Shown one piece after another: positions 28,878 to 38,950 of a stretch of 64,000 nt of DNA (positions are counted from its first letter, which is position 1; each line of letters begins with the position of its first letter). The DNA lies in the NCBI GenBank assembly GCA_017480035.1, contig JAFVBJ010000003.1, forward strand, positions 298,126-362,125, in the 5' to 3' direction. The notes beneath the pieces were generated by a model. The model ran no database searches. It saw only the letters and a program-made list of their open reading frames with translations, and was not told where the DNA came from. Both the position numbers and the translations under genes were made by a program. This DNA is from Candidatus Saccharimonadota bacterium. GTDB taxonomy: Bacteria; Patescibacteriota; Saccharimonadia; Saccharimonadales; Saccharimonadaceae.

Positions 28878-28907
28878 AAAGTACCCCTTGAAAAAGGGGT
28901 ACTTTTT
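28878..28907 (+). terminator. Intrinsic terminator after pilin
   Basis: AAAGTACCCCTT/AAGGGGTACTTT stem plus T tract. Confidence 0.85.
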
Positions 28908-28943
28908 ATGCTAGAATAGATATTGTACTGATTTAGGAGTTAT

Positions 28944-30854
28944 ATGGTTGAAAAGAAAATAAATCATCAAAAAAATCAAAAAAAATCTTCGAATGGTATT
29001 CGCAGTATATTCTTTGTTATTATCGTCTTCTTGTTTGCATACGCTTTCGTAAACAGTTTCTCTGCTGGCGCGAAGACCGAAGAAGTTGCCCTCTCTGATG
29101 TCATCGCTCGCGCGAACGACGCGAATGGCAACATCAAGAAAATCACCGTCTCCGGCAGCGACCTCTATATCACCTTGAAGGATAAAGATCAACCGACTCA
29201 GCATTCTCGCAAAGATTCTTCTGGTACTCTTTATGAACAAGGTTTGAAAAACAGCTGCGCCGACAAGACTGGCGACGAACTCACTGAATGCCAAAAAACT
29301 TACCCAGTTGTCGAATATGAAGAACCTGTGAATTATGGCGACATCATCTTCAATGTCTTGACTCTTGGTCTCCCGATTCTCGCCATCATTATCTTCTTTA
29401 CTTACATGATGCGCCAAGCTCAGTCCATGAATAAAGAAAACATGGGCTTCGGCAAAGCTAAGGCGAAACTTTATGGCCCAGACAAGAAGAAAGTTACTTT
29501 TAAAGATGTGGCTGGAAATGAATCCGCAAAACAAGATCTCGAAGAAATTGTCGACTTTTTGAAAAATCCGAAAAAATATGAAACGCTCGGCGCAAAAATT
29601 CCGCGCGGTGTGCTTCTGGCTGGCGACCCAGGAACCGGTAAAACCTTGATGGCTCGCGCTGTAGCTGGCGAAGCAAATGTTCCGTTCTTCAGTATTTCTG
29701 GCTCGGAATTTGCTGAAATGTTCGTTGGTGTCGGTGCAAGCCGCGTTCGCGACTTATTTAGCAAAGCGAAGAAAAACGCTCCAAGTATCATCTTTATCGA
29801 TGAAATTGACGCCGTCGCGCATAAACGTGACGCGCGTGGCGGTGCCGGTCGTGAAGATGAACAGACCTTGAATCAAATTCTCGTTGAAATGGACGGATTT
29901 GATAACGAATCTGGCGTAATCGTGATGGCTGCCACCAACCGTGTTGACATGCTTGATAAAGCTCTCCTTCGTCCAGGTCGTTTTGATCGCCATGTTGACG
30001 TTGCTTTGCCGGAACGAAAAGATCGTCTTGCAATTCTTAAGGTCCACTTCAAAAATAAGCCGCTTGAAGAGGGAATCAATCTTGATTCGCTTGCTGCAAA
30101 AACCGCTGGTTCGTCTGGTGCTGATCTTGCAAATATTGCTAACGAAGCAGCAATCACTGCCGCTCGTGAAGGTCATAAAACAATCACTTCTGATGATATC
30201 ACCGAAGCCTTTGAACGCGTTGCAATCGGTCCGAAGCGTCAAAGCAAAGTTATGAACGAACACGAAAAGAAGCTCACCGCTTATCACGAAGCCGGTCATG
30301 CAATCGTTGGACACGTTCTTCCAGATTCCGACCCGGTTCACAAAGTCACGATTATTCCTCGTGGCCACACCGGCGGCGTCACTTGGTTCCTCCCCCCAGA
30401 AGACCGCAGCTATAAAAACATCTATGAACTAAAAGACGTTCTCGCTCGCGCGATGGGCGGTCGTATCGCTGAAAAACTCATTTTTGGCAAGGACGACATC
30501 ACGACTGGCGCTAGCTCTGATTTGAGAAACGTCGCTAGCCTCGCGAAAGAAATGATTGTCGAGGAAGGCATGGGCTCCGAAACTAGAAACCTCGTCTTCC
30601 CAGAAGAAGCGACTGGCTACTATACTATCTCGACCGGGAAACCGTATTCTGAAAAGACTGCCGAAATCATCGATAAGGAAATTAAGACGCTTTCCGATGA
30701 AGCTGCAAAACGCGCCGAGCTCGTACTCTCCGCGAACCGCGAAGCTCTTGATCGTCTCGCTGAAGCCCTGCTTGAAAAAGAAACTCTCGACGAAGATGAA
30801 CTTCCGGCACTTTTGAAGGGAACCACTCTCCCAGAAGGAGCTAAACTTCACTAA
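28944..30854 (+). CDS. ftsH: ATP-dependent zinc metalloprotease FtsH
   Basis: Two TM helices; [47 protein letters not shown]. Confidence 0.97.
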   Translation: MVEKKINHQKNQKKSSNGIRSIFFVIIVFLFAYAFVNSFSAGAKTEEVALSDVIARANDANGNIKKITVSGSDLYITLKDKDQPTQHSRKDSSGTLYEQGLKNSCADKTGDELTECQKTYPVVEYEEPVNYGDIIFNVLTLGLPILAIIIFFTYMMRQAQSMNKENMGFGKAKAKLYGPDKKKVTFKDVAGNESAKQDLEEIVDFLKNPKKYETLGAKIPRGVLLAGDPGTGKTLMARAVAGEANVPFFSISGSEFAEMFVGVGASRVRDLFSKAKKNAPSIIFIDEIDAVAHKRDARGGAGREDEQTLNQILVEMDGFDNESGVIVMAATNRVDMLDKALLRPGRFDRHVDVALPERKDRLAILKVHFKNKPLEEGINLDSLAAKTAGSSGADLANIANEAAITAAREGHKTITSDDITEAFERVAIGPKRQSKVMNEHEKKLTAYHEAGHAIVGHVLPDSDPVHKVTIIPRGHTGGVTWFLPPEDRSYKNIYELKDVLARAMGGRIAEKLIFGKDDITTGASSDLRNVASLAKEMIVEEGMGSETRNLVFPEEATGYYTISTGKPYSEKTAEIIDKEIKTLSDEAAKRAELVLSANREALDRLAEALLEKETLDEDELPALLKGTTLPEGAKLH

Positions 30855-32494
30855 TGAAGAAATTCCAATTTCGCTCAGTTGTAGCGCTCGCAAACAGCAA
30901 ACTCAGCATTAAATTCGCTGCAGTTTTGCTGAGTGCGTCGACGCTCATCTCGGCGCTTTTAGGGATCTTTCGTGACCGTCTCTTAAACTCACTCTATCTC
31001 GACACTTACCCGACCGGCATCGACGCTTACACTGCCGCTTTCACGGTCCCGGATTTTATGTTCTTCATTTTGACTTCCGGTGCACTTGCCGTTTCATTCA
31101 TTCCGGTTTTTAACCAACGTCTTGCCTCCGGCAATAAAAAATCCGCTTGGGAACTCTCGACTTCGGTCTTAAATTTATTCGCATTCGTGACTCTCGTCGC
31201 CTCGATTCTTATCATGATTTTTGCCGATCCGCTGATTCGCTACGTTGTCGGCCCAGGTCTCGATGAGTCCGGCACAATTCTCGCGATTAACATGATGCGC
31301 GTCATCGCTATCAATCCGTTTTTGTTTAGTATTGCGACCGTCCTTTCCTCAATGCAACAAGCCGTCGGGCGTTTCGTATTCTACTCTCTCGCTCCGGCAC
31401 TCTATAATGTCGGCATCTTGATTGGCATTACTTTCTTCACTGGCGGCATTAACCTTTTCGGTATCCAATTCTTTGAAGGCGGCATCATGGGTGTTGCACT
31501 CGGTGTCGTTTTTGGCGCTGTTTTGCAAGTTATCGTCAGCCTAATCGGTCTCTTTGGTCTCGGTTTCGATTATGAATTCAAAATTTATTGGAAAAATCAT
31601 GGTTTCCGCTCCGTCTTAAAACTCCTTCCGGCTCGTTCACTTGACCAGGGGATTGATTACGTTTCTGGAATCGTGAATACGAATCTTTCCTCGCGCATGG
31701 GTGCCGGCGCTCTCCGAAGCTACCAACAAGCCAACACACTCCACACTATGCCAGTAAACTTAATTGGTGTCGCGATTTCGACTGCCTTTTTCCCGAAAAT
31801 GACCGAAGAAACCGGCGAAGGCAACATCGAAGAATTCAACGATACTTTTAGAAAAGCTCTCCGTATGATTGTCTGGATTTCTCTCCCGGTTTCTGCTATT
31901 GCTTACTTCGGACGTGGCTACGTCGTCAACTTCATTAAAAACGGTGGCGACCCAGTTATCGCGAGCGTTCTCGGCGCTCTCGTTCTTGCGATTTTCGCTC
32001 AATCTGTCTTTCATATTGCCTCGCGTGGTTTCTATGCTCGCCAAGACACAAAAACTCCGTTCATTATCAGTGTCATCGCTATCGGACTCTCGATGATTTT
32101 CTCTGTTCTCTTCACAAAATGGGGTTTCGGTCCAGATGGTCTCGGTTGGGCGCAAAGCCTCGGCGCTGTTATAGAAATGTTCCTACTTCTTGGTATTCTC
32201 AATAAACGTTCAAAAAACAAGCTTTTCGACAAAACTTTCTGGTCTGCCTTCGTTCGCATGTTGCTCGCCACTCTTGTCACTGGTGTTACCGCATATATTA
32301 TGACAAAACTCCTTCCTCTCATGGCGACCGATAACTCTTTCTTTGTCACTTTCCCGAAATTCCTCGTCATTTCGCTCGTCTCTGGCGCGGTTTATCTCGC
32401 TGCGAGCTATCTGATGGATCTTGAGGAAGTCGCTCCGATTTTTAAGTGGCTCAGCAAAGCTTTATTCCGTAACGTCACAGACAAAAAAGACTAA
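30854..32494 (+). CDS. murJ: Lipid II flippase MurJ (MviN)
   Basis: LGIFRDRLL, AYTAAFTVPD, GALAVSFIPVF, ALYNVG, IGVAISTAFFP, RGFYARQDTKTP. Confidence 0.92.
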   Translation: MKKFQFRSVVALANSKLSIKFAAVLLSASTLISALLGIFRDRLLNSLYLDTYPTGIDAYTAAFTVPDFMFFILTSGALAVSFIPVFNQRLASGNKKSAWELSTSVLNLFAFVTLVASILIMIFADPLIRYVVGPGLDESGTILAINMMRVIAINPFLFSIATVLSSMQQAVGRFVFYSLAPALYNVGILIGITFFTGGINLFGIQFFEGGIMGVALGVVFGAVLQVIVSLIGLFGLGFDYEFKIYWKNHGFRSVLKLLPARSLDQGIDYVSGIVNTNLSSRMGAGALRSYQQANTLHTMPVNLIGVAISTAFFPKMTEETGEGNIEEFNDTFRKALRMIVWISLPVSAIAYFGRGYVVNFIKNGGDPVIASVLGALVLAIFAQSVFHIASRGFYARQDTKTPFIISVIAIGLSMIFSVLFTKWGFGPDGLGWAQSLGAVIEMFLLLGILNKRSKNKLFDKTFWSAFVRMLLATLVTGVTAYIMTKLLPLMATDNSFFVTFPKFLVISLVSGAVYLAASYLMDLEEVAPIFKWLSKALFRNVTDKKD

Positions 32495-32557
32495 TATTTC
32501 TCCTTGAAAAAACGATATCGCTCGTGTATAATTGAATAAAGATAAAAAGGAGGTCAA

Positions 32558-33511
32558 GTGACGAAAAGTCATTTAAAGTCAGTATTTGCAGCCGTTGCTG
32601 CTTCATTAATGTTAAGTATTTCTGGTATCTTCGGTGTGTCTCCTGCTTTCGCTGCAGAGTCTCAAGATTTTCCAGTTTATCTTCTAGTTTCGCCTGCGAG
32701 CCAAACTCTCGGCAAACTTGAACCAGGGAAGAGCTATAGTGGCGAATTCCTCGTGAAAAATATCGGTACCGATACTTTCGATTACACAGTCTACGCCGCT
32801 CCGTACTCTGTTGAAGATGAAGAATACAACTCAAACTTCGAAAAAACGAACAACTACACTTTCATCTCTGAATGGTTCACTTTTAGTAAAGATGAGGGCA
32901 CTCTTTCTCCGCAACAGGAGGAAAAAATCCAATACACTGTCAAAGTCCCTGAAAGTGCCGCCGGTGGAGCCCAAAACGCAGCTATCATGGTCCAGAGCGA
33001 TACCAGCGCGAAAGATTCAAACATCGTCCTCGCTTCTTCTCGCGTTGCGATGATTGTCTTCTCCCAAATCAACGGCGAAGTCAACGCTTGTGGTAAAATC
33101 GTCGACAAAACTGTCCCGAGCTTGCTTTTGAATCCACCAATCTCCGCCTCTGGTCGCGTCGAAAACTGTGGTAACATCGATTTGAACGTTCGTTATGTCA
33201 TGGAAGTGACGCCGCTATTCTCAAATGAACCAATTTATTCTAACGAAGATGAACCGCTCGTCCTTGCAACTCTCCCTGAAACTCGCCGTTTCACAAGTAT
33301 TGAGTGGGAAAACACCCCAGCAATCGGCATCTACAAAGTTCACTTAACTATCACCTATAACGACCAGACCGAAGAAGTCACAAAAATCGTCCTCGTTTGT
33401 CCGCTCTGGGTCATCGTCTTAGTCTTAGTCTTTATTGGCGCGCTCATCTTCTGGCTCGTCTCGAGAAACCGCAATCGTAAAGCTGCTAAAAAAGCCGCTA
33501 CCGAAGAATAG
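32558..33511 (+). CDS. DUF916/WxL-interacting-like secreted Ig-fold protein with C-terminal TM anchor (paralog 1)
   Basis: GTG start after AGGAGG; signal peptide; LEPGKSYSGEFLVKNIG...YTVKVPESAAGG; C-terminal TM plus basic tail. Confidence 0.6.
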   Translation: MTKSHLKSVFAAVAASLMLSISGIFGVSPAFAAESQDFPVYLLVSPASQTLGKLEPGKSYSGEFLVKNIGTDTFDYTVYAAPYSVEDEEYNSNFEKTNNYTFISEWFTFSKDEGTLSPQQEEKIQYTVKVPESAAGGAQNAAIMVQSDTSAKDSNIVLASSRVAMIVFSQINGEVNACGKIVDKTVPSLLLNPPISASGRVENCGNIDLNVRYVMEVTPLFSNEPIYSNEDEPLVLATLPETRRFTSIEWENTPAIGIYKVHLTITYNDQTEEVTKIVLVCPLWVIVLVLVFIGALIFWLVSRNRNRKAAKKAATEE

Positions 33512-33518
33512 GAGGTTT

Positions 33519-34490
33519 ATGAAGAAACATTTACTAAGAACTTTAATCGCAGTCATCACTTTTGTCGCGACTGTCTTTGCTCCGCTCACTCCAGTTTTTG
33601 CGGACGGAGACACTCCGGCAGTCTGGCTCCAGATTTCTCCAGTCGCATCGCGTGTCACGCTTAACCCTGGCGACGAACTTACATATAAACTCTACGTTGA
33701 CAACATTGGCACCTCGAAATTCAAATTCCGTGTCTATGCTTCACCATACACTATCGCAAACGAAGCTTATGAAGTCGACTTCACTGCCGAAACAAACCGC
33801 ACGCAAGTCACTCGTTGGATTACTTTCAACCAAAACAACGAAGCAAAGAAAGACTCCGAAAAGAAATGGGTAAAAGAAGCAACTTTTGAGCTCGAGCCAA
33901 ACGAACGCGAAACTGTCGAATATAAAATCGAAGTTCCTGATGATATCCCATCCGGCGGTCAATATGCTACTATCTTCGCCGAGTCTATCCCTGAAAGCGA
34001 AGCGACGTCGACCGGTGTCCGCACTGTTTCTCGTGTTGGCATGATTCTCTATGGTAGCACGAGTGGTGAAACTGTCGAAAAAGCCACCATCTCGAATTTG
34101 AATGTCAAACCGTTCTTGACTGGTGGTAAAATTTCCGCCGAAGTCGACCTCAGCAACGAAGGCAACACCGATTACTCTGCCACAGTCAGTATGAATATCG
34201 ACAAAATCATCGGTGGGACTGTCGCCGAAGTAAAAAGTAACTACCCTGTCATCCCAGATTCGCCGACTCGTCACGCTGTACTCGAATGGGAAGAAACTCC
34301 AGCTTTCGGCATCTTCAAAGTCAAAACTACCGTCCAAGCCCTCGATCAAACTCTTGAAGATGAAAAAATCGTCCTTGTTTTGCCGATTTACATCATAATT
34401 ATCATGCTTGTGCTATTGACAATTATTATTGCATGGCTTATAATCCTTATTAGGAAGCGCCGTGCTCAGAAGTCGCGTCTTATTGTGTAA
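33519..34490 (+). CDS. DUF916/WxL-interacting-like secreted Ig-fold protein with C-terminal TM anchor (paralog 2)
   Basis: Start ATG 33519 after GGAGG; LNPGDELTYKLYVDNIG...YKIEVPDDIPSGGQYA; collinear with paralog 1. Confidence 0.6.
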   Translation: MKKHLLRTLIAVITFVATVFAPLTPVFADGDTPAVWLQISPVASRVTLNPGDELTYKLYVDNIGTSKFKFRVYASPYTIANEAYEVDFTAETNRTQVTRWITFNQNNEAKKDSEKKWVKEATFELEPNERETVEYKIEVPDDIPSGGQYATIFAESIPESEATSTGVRTVSRVGMILYGSTSGETVEKATISNLNVKPFLTGGKISAEVDLSNEGNTDYSATVSMNIDKIIGGTVAEVKSNYPVIPDSPTRHAVLEWEETPAFGIFKVKTTVQALDQTLEDEKIVLVLPIYIIIIMLVLLTIIIAWLIILIRKRRAQKSRLIV

Positions 34491-34602
34491 TCGCGAAACA
34501 TGATATAGACAGACAGAAAAGCAAACGCTCCGATTCAGAAACTGCGAACTTTGAATCGGAGCTTTGGCATCCAAAATAAAAACATAAAAAAGCGAGTGTG
34601 AA

Positions 34603-35538
34603 ATGAAAAAACATGCGAAAATTTTAGGCTCGATTGGGGCTGCTGCCGCAGTTTCAATGGGTATTTTTGCTGTCACAAGTCCTGTGATGGCCCAAGATCT
34701 AGTTCCGCTAGATTACAAAAACAACAATAATACATCGGCTGACGTCGAAGTAAAGTTAAAGGTTGTCGGTGAAACTCCGATTATCGATATCGACTCTCCG
34801 CTTGATGGCGCCGTCATCATCGGCAAGGAATTCTCGGTCGACATCAACTACGAACATGCCAACCAGCTCGACTATCGTCTGATTTATGTTGCGGAAGACG
34901 GTACTCGCACTACTTACGATTTGCCATCAAAAATCGTTGTCGATACTGGCGTCTCGGATGGTAGCGATGCGTTCGACCTCGATGCTTCCGACTATGGTGG
35001 TAAATACGGCACTTACATCTTAGAAGCTACCGCAAACGGTGCCGGCTCAACCACTGATTCGGTCATGTTTAAACTTATTTCTTTCGACTTCACAGTCAAG
35101 GGAATCGAAGAATCGACTAACAACCCAATCATCACTATCGTTGAGGCTCCGGTCGTCTATAAAAGCTTAATCCAGGTATTTGACGAAGACGATAACGCGA
35201 TTTTTGAAGAACCAATCGAAGTTATCTTGAACGAAGGTGCGGAAACTGACGTTACTCTTCCGCTAGCAAAATACGGTGTACCTGAAGGACAATATCGCAT
35301 CGTTGCTGTGCCATATGACGAAGATGGTAATATTATCGATGCAAGCAAAGAGCACTCCGTCCATTACACGCCAGCTCCAGCTCCAGAGGTTCCAGATACC
35401 GGTTCAATTCTCGAGAATCTCGGTCTTTCGCGCCAAGATCTTATCTCGACCGGTCTCGCACTTCTCTTTGTCTGTGCTTTCTTCGGTGTTCTCATTATCG
35501 CCAAGAAGAATCGCAAAGAAAAACAAAATCGTCACTAA
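34603..35538 (+). CDS. Surface protein with beta-sandwich-like repeats and a VPDTG sorting-like C-terminus
   Basis: Signal peptide; PAPAPEVPDTG, then hydrophobic helix and KKNRKEK tail. Confidence 0.65.
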   Translation: MKKHAKILGSIGAAAAVSMGIFAVTSPVMAQDLVPLDYKNNNNTSADVEVKLKVVGETPIIDIDSPLDGAVIIGKEFSVDINYEHANQLDYRLIYVAEDGTRTTYDLPSKIVVDTGVSDGSDAFDLDASDYGGKYGTYILEATANGAGSTTDSVMFKLISFDFTVKGIEESTNNPIITIVEAPVVYKSLIQVFDEDDNAIFEEPIEVILNEGAETDVTLPLAKYGVPEGQYRIVAVPYDEDGNIIDASKEHSVHYTPAPAPEVPDTGSILENLGLSRQDLISTGLALLFVCAFFGVLIIAKKNRKEKQNRH

Positions 35539-35571
35539 AAAGGACGAAAAACAAATTAAAAACTCGCTTTA

Positions 35572-35605
35572 AAAAAGAGCGTCTCGGTTTTGAGGCGCTC
35601 TTTTT
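35572..35605. terminator. Bidirectional intrinsic terminator
   Basis: AAAAAGAGCGTCTC/GAGGCGCTCTTTTT between convergent genes. Confidence 0.85.
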
Positions 35606-35608
35606 GTC

Positions 35609-35833
35609 TTATCCGACGATGATTAGAACCATAGAAGCTGCCGCCAGTCCAACCAAAATGAACCAAAACCACGAAAACTTCCCGGTCTTTTTCAAATCTT
35701 TTGTATAATCCGAATCTTCGACAAAATCTGGGTCATCGACTTTTGTTGCTTTTGCGCGCGAACGCAAATCAGCTGCGATTCGGTCGTTTAACTCAGTTTT
35801 TCTTTCTGTTTCTTTGTGAACAATAACGCCCAT
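35609..35833 (-). CDS. Small conserved membrane protein
   Basis: GGAGG upstream of ATG 35833; TELNDRIAADLR; C-terminal TM helix. Confidence 0.7.
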   Translation of the reverse strand: MGVIVHKETERKTELNDRIAADLRSRAKATKVDDPDFVEDSDYTKDLKKTGKFSWFWFILVGLAAASMVLIIVG

Positions 35834-35913
35834 ATTACCTCCTTCAAACAATTATTTCTATTTTAACACAAAATTGTGATATAATGAAGATAATATTACT
35901 TTAAGGAGGTAAA

Positions 35914-36822
35914 ATGGCTAACACAAAGTCAAAGAAGACGACTAAAAAGTCGACTTCAAAAGCCAAAGCTGTTGCGACCAAGTCAGAAAAGACCGTAAAA
36001 GCAGAAACAGCTGCCGTAACAACTTCGGCATCCGCAATTGCAAAGGGCGGAAACCCGTTCAAGGGATTCTTTGCTAAAAAATGTGATAAAGATGAAAACA
36101 TCTTGACGATTTTCAAGAGCCCGAGAATCTGGGGCGCTATCGCCGGTGAGCTCATCGGTACGATGCTCCTCACGATGTTGATGTTCACTCTCGGTGTCTA
36201 TCAACCACTCTATCTTATGATCGGCGTAATCGGCATCACGATGGCTGTCTATGCCTTCTCTGGTGCACATCTCAACCCAGCTCTCACAGTTGGCATGATG
36301 GCTTCTCGCCGTGTTTCCGCAATCCGTGGCGTTCTCTACATCGTCGCGCAAGTTGTCGGTGCTTGGCTCGGTCTCATCATCCTCTCTGGCTTCCGCTCAG
36401 CTGGTGGTGATGCAGTCGAATTGACAACTATGACCGCTCTCGAGAACGAAACTCTTTGGACAAACATCTTCATCGAGTTCCTCGGCTCTGCAATTCTCGG
36501 CTTCTTCTTCTGCCGTGCTCAGAGCTACAAAACCGCAAAAGGTGCTTTCACCTACGCTGCTCTCGTTGCAGGCGGTTTGACACTCGCTGTGCTCTTTAGC
36601 GTTGTTATTTCAAGCAACTATGTCAGCCTTTCAAACAACTTCGCTTTGAACCCAGCAATCGCAATCATGGAACAAATCTTCCCAACCACAGCTGATGGCT
36701 TTGGTGAATTGATTGGTGCAGTCGCACAATCTGCTCTCGTTTATATCATTGTCCCGATGCTTGGTGCTGCCGTTGGTTTCGCTGTTGCAGACGCATCAAA
36801 GAAACTTGCCGGCGAAGAATAA
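35914..36822 (+). CDS. Aquaporin/MIP-family channel with Lys/Ala-rich N-terminal extension
   Basis: GELIGT, SGAHLNPALT, EFLGS, second box FALNPAIA. Confidence 0.88.
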   Translation: MANTKSKKTTKKSTSKAKAVATKSEKTVKAETAAVTTSASAIAKGGNPFKGFFAKKCDKDENILTIFKSPRIWGAIAGELIGTMLLTMLMFTLGVYQPLYLMIGVIGITMAVYAFSGAHLNPALTVGMMASRRVSAIRGVLYIVAQVVGAWLGLIILSGFRSAGGDAVELTTMTALENETLWTNIFIEFLGSAILGFFFCRAQSYKTAKGAFTYAALVAGGLTLAVLFSVVISSNYVSLSNNFALNPAIAIMEQIFPTTADGFGELIGAVAQSALVYIIVPMLGAAVGFAVADASKKLAGEE

Positions 36823-36837
36823 TTCACCTGGAAATTG

Positions 36838-36869
36838 AAAGATATCCCGCACTTGCGGGGTATCTTTTT
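36838..36869 (+). terminator. Intrinsic terminator after the aquaporin gene
   Basis: AAAGATATCCCGC/GCGGGGTATCTTT plus T tract. Confidence 0.8.
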
Positions 36870-36908
36870 CTTGCAAAAAAATGCCATAAGCATTATAATA
36901 TATTCATC

Positions 36909-38294
36909 ATGGATCCAAATACAAACTTAGCTCCTGACGCTGCTCCGGCTCCGCTCGGGTCGTCTCCTGAGCCGACTCCTGTCGCTCCAGAACCGCTAGC
37001 AGCCCCGGAACCTCTTGCTCCGAATCCGGCTGTTGACGTTGCCAACGCCGCTCTTGCTGGCGCAACTCCTGTTGTTACGACTACTGATCCGAATGCTGCT
37101 GACGTTGCCCCTGAGCCAACTCTCCAAGCTCCTGTTCTCGCTCCATCCGCCGATTTCCAAATGGGCGAAGTTTCGACTGTTTCCGCTGTCCAAAACGGCG
37201 CAGATGGCAATCTTGCTGCCGCTGCTGATGAAGTAATGGTTGGCGCGCCGCTCGAAGAACAGCCGTCGAATCCGATGGACGACCCGAATGTTGACCAACT
37301 TGCTAATTCCGACGGAGGTGCCGAGCAGCAAACCACCGGCCAAGAATCAGCTGATTTTAACGATCCAAACGCCGCTGCTGAAGCTGAAGCTGCCGCAAAC
37401 AAAGGCAAAGATGACGAAGAAGAACAAGAACCAATCGTCGCTGCCGCCCCAGTCCCAGGCTCAATCGGTTCCGCAAAATCTTATACTGACATCCAGCGCG
37501 CCGAAGCTGAAAAAGCCGCAAAAGTCGCCGCGAAACAAAATCAGAAAATTAAATTAAGTAAAAACACTATCTTAATTATCGTCATCGCTGTTGTCGCAGT
37601 GATTGGCATTATCGTTGGCGCTCTCGTCATTTTCGGTGGTTCTTCAACTCCAAGCCCAACCTCGACTACTTCGTACTCCGACGACGATGACGGTGGTGAC
37701 ACTAGCTCCTATTCAACTCTTTCCTGTAAACGCAACCTCGCCGCCGAAGAATACGGTTCTTATGGCGCTGTTTCCGGTATCCAAGAAAACATTTTTTACT
37801 TCAAAGACGACGCGCTTGACGGCCTCGTTACGAATTTCGCATACACTTATGCAAACCGCGCACTTGCCGAAATTGCCCTCGATACTTTCATGAGCAGCTA
37901 CGGCGTAACAACAGCAGGGAAGATGCCTGAACACGGTTCTGCCTCTGGCGAAACCGAAGAACCAGACACTAACGAAGATAGCGAAAGCGAAGATTCTAGC
38001 TCTACTAAAACCGCTGCCGAAATGCTCCACCACTACGTCTGGCTCGAAAATTACACCGTCACTCACGGCATGTCGATTGAATCAGCCGACATCGAAGCTT
38101 GGCTTGCTTCCGATAACTACAGCGACAAAACCTACGGCGCGACCGAAGATGGTGCTGCCGCTCCGCTACTTGACGGCGAGACCGAAGAAGATGTCGAAAC
38201 GACCGAAACCGGTGAAGTTGTCCGCAACCTGAACTACTACAATCGCCTCCAAAATCACATCAACTACGATTGTAATATCATTAAAAGTAATTAA
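36909..38294 (+). CDS. Single-pass membrane protein: Pro/Ala-rich acidic N-terminus, acidic extracellular domain with 2 Cys
   Basis: Low-complexity PAP-rich N-terminus, TM IIVIAVVAVIGIIVGALVIF, LSCKR...YDCN. Confidence 0.75.
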   Translation: MDPNTNLAPDAAPAPLGSSPEPTPVAPEPLAAPEPLAPNPAVDVANAALAGATPVVTTTDPNAADVAPEPTLQAPVLAPSADFQMGEVSTVSAVQNGADGNLAAAADEVMVGAPLEEQPSNPMDDPNVDQLANSDGGAEQQTTGQESADFNDPNAAAEAEAAANKGKDDEEEQEPIVAAAPVPGSIGSAKSYTDIQRAEAEKAAKVAAKQNQKIKLSKNTILIIVIAVVAVIGIIVGALVIFGGSSTPSPTSTTSYSDDDDGGDTSSYSTLSCKRNLAAEEYGSYGAVSGIQENIFYFKDDALDGLVTNFAYTYANRALAEIALDTFMSSYGVTTAGKMPEHGSASGETEEPDTNEDSESEDSSSTKTAAEMLHHYVWLENYTVTHGMSIESADIEAWLASDNYSDKTYGATEDGAAAPLLDGETEEDVETTETGEVVRNLNYYNRLQNHINYDCNIIKSN

Positions 38295-38324
38295 AACTCG
38301 ATTTTTATGATATAATTCTACTAT

Positions 38325-38408
38325 GCCCGGGTGGTGGAATTGGTAGACACGTATGCCTTAGGAGCATATGCCATGCGCGTGCTGGTTCGAGTCCAGTCCC
38401 GGGCACCA
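38325..38408 (+). tRNA. tRNA-Leu(TAG)
   Basis: GCCCGGG/CCCGGGC acceptor, TATGC-CT TAG GA-GCATA, CCA. Confidence 0.95.
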
Positions 38409-38468
38409 TTGACAAAAATATCAAAATATGCTATAATGTAAATATAGGGTCGCATTTGACCTTATTTT

Positions 38469-38900
38469 TTAATTCTTATCACACACCAAATTAAATTCGA
38501 CGTCGTAATCTTTCTTCCCGTAAGGCTCATGCGCCTTGAAAATCGCCGTCGATTTGTTTGTGTCGCAAGAATACGAATCTGTCTCGAAATACGAGCGATA
38601 ATTCACATTATTTTGCAAAAATTCATGGTTCAAAATCTGACGCAGCTTAATTGTGAACCCATTTTTATATCCTGAAAACGCCTCTGCAAGCTCCTCCCCA
38701 TCATGCTCGACGATAAAATTTTCATACAAGCTGTCTTCGTAATACTTCCTCGAGAGCTCCTCGAATTTTCTCTCCGCAAAAAATGTATTTTCGTATAGTT
38801 TAATATAAACAATCAGTCCCACGACGGCCAGAACCGCCACAAAAATCAAGAGAATTATTACTTTCGAGACGACCCCACTCCTTTTTCGCTCAATCTTCAT
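38469..38900 (-). CDS. Hypothetical single-pass membrane protein
   Basis: Start ATG 38900 after TGGTACAAT; N-terminal TM; two C-terminal Cys. Confidence 0.7.
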   Translation of the reverse strand: MKIERKRSGVVSKVIILLIFVAVLAVVGLIVYIKLYENTFFAERKFEELSRKYYEDSLYENFIVEHDGEELAEAFSGYKNGFTIKLRQILNHEFLQNNVNYRSYFETDSYSCDTNKSTAIFKAHEPYGKKDYDVEFNLVCDKN

Positions 38901-38950
38901 ATCTCTATTGTACCACAACATAACCGTTTTAATTATGTTAAAATAGAAAC

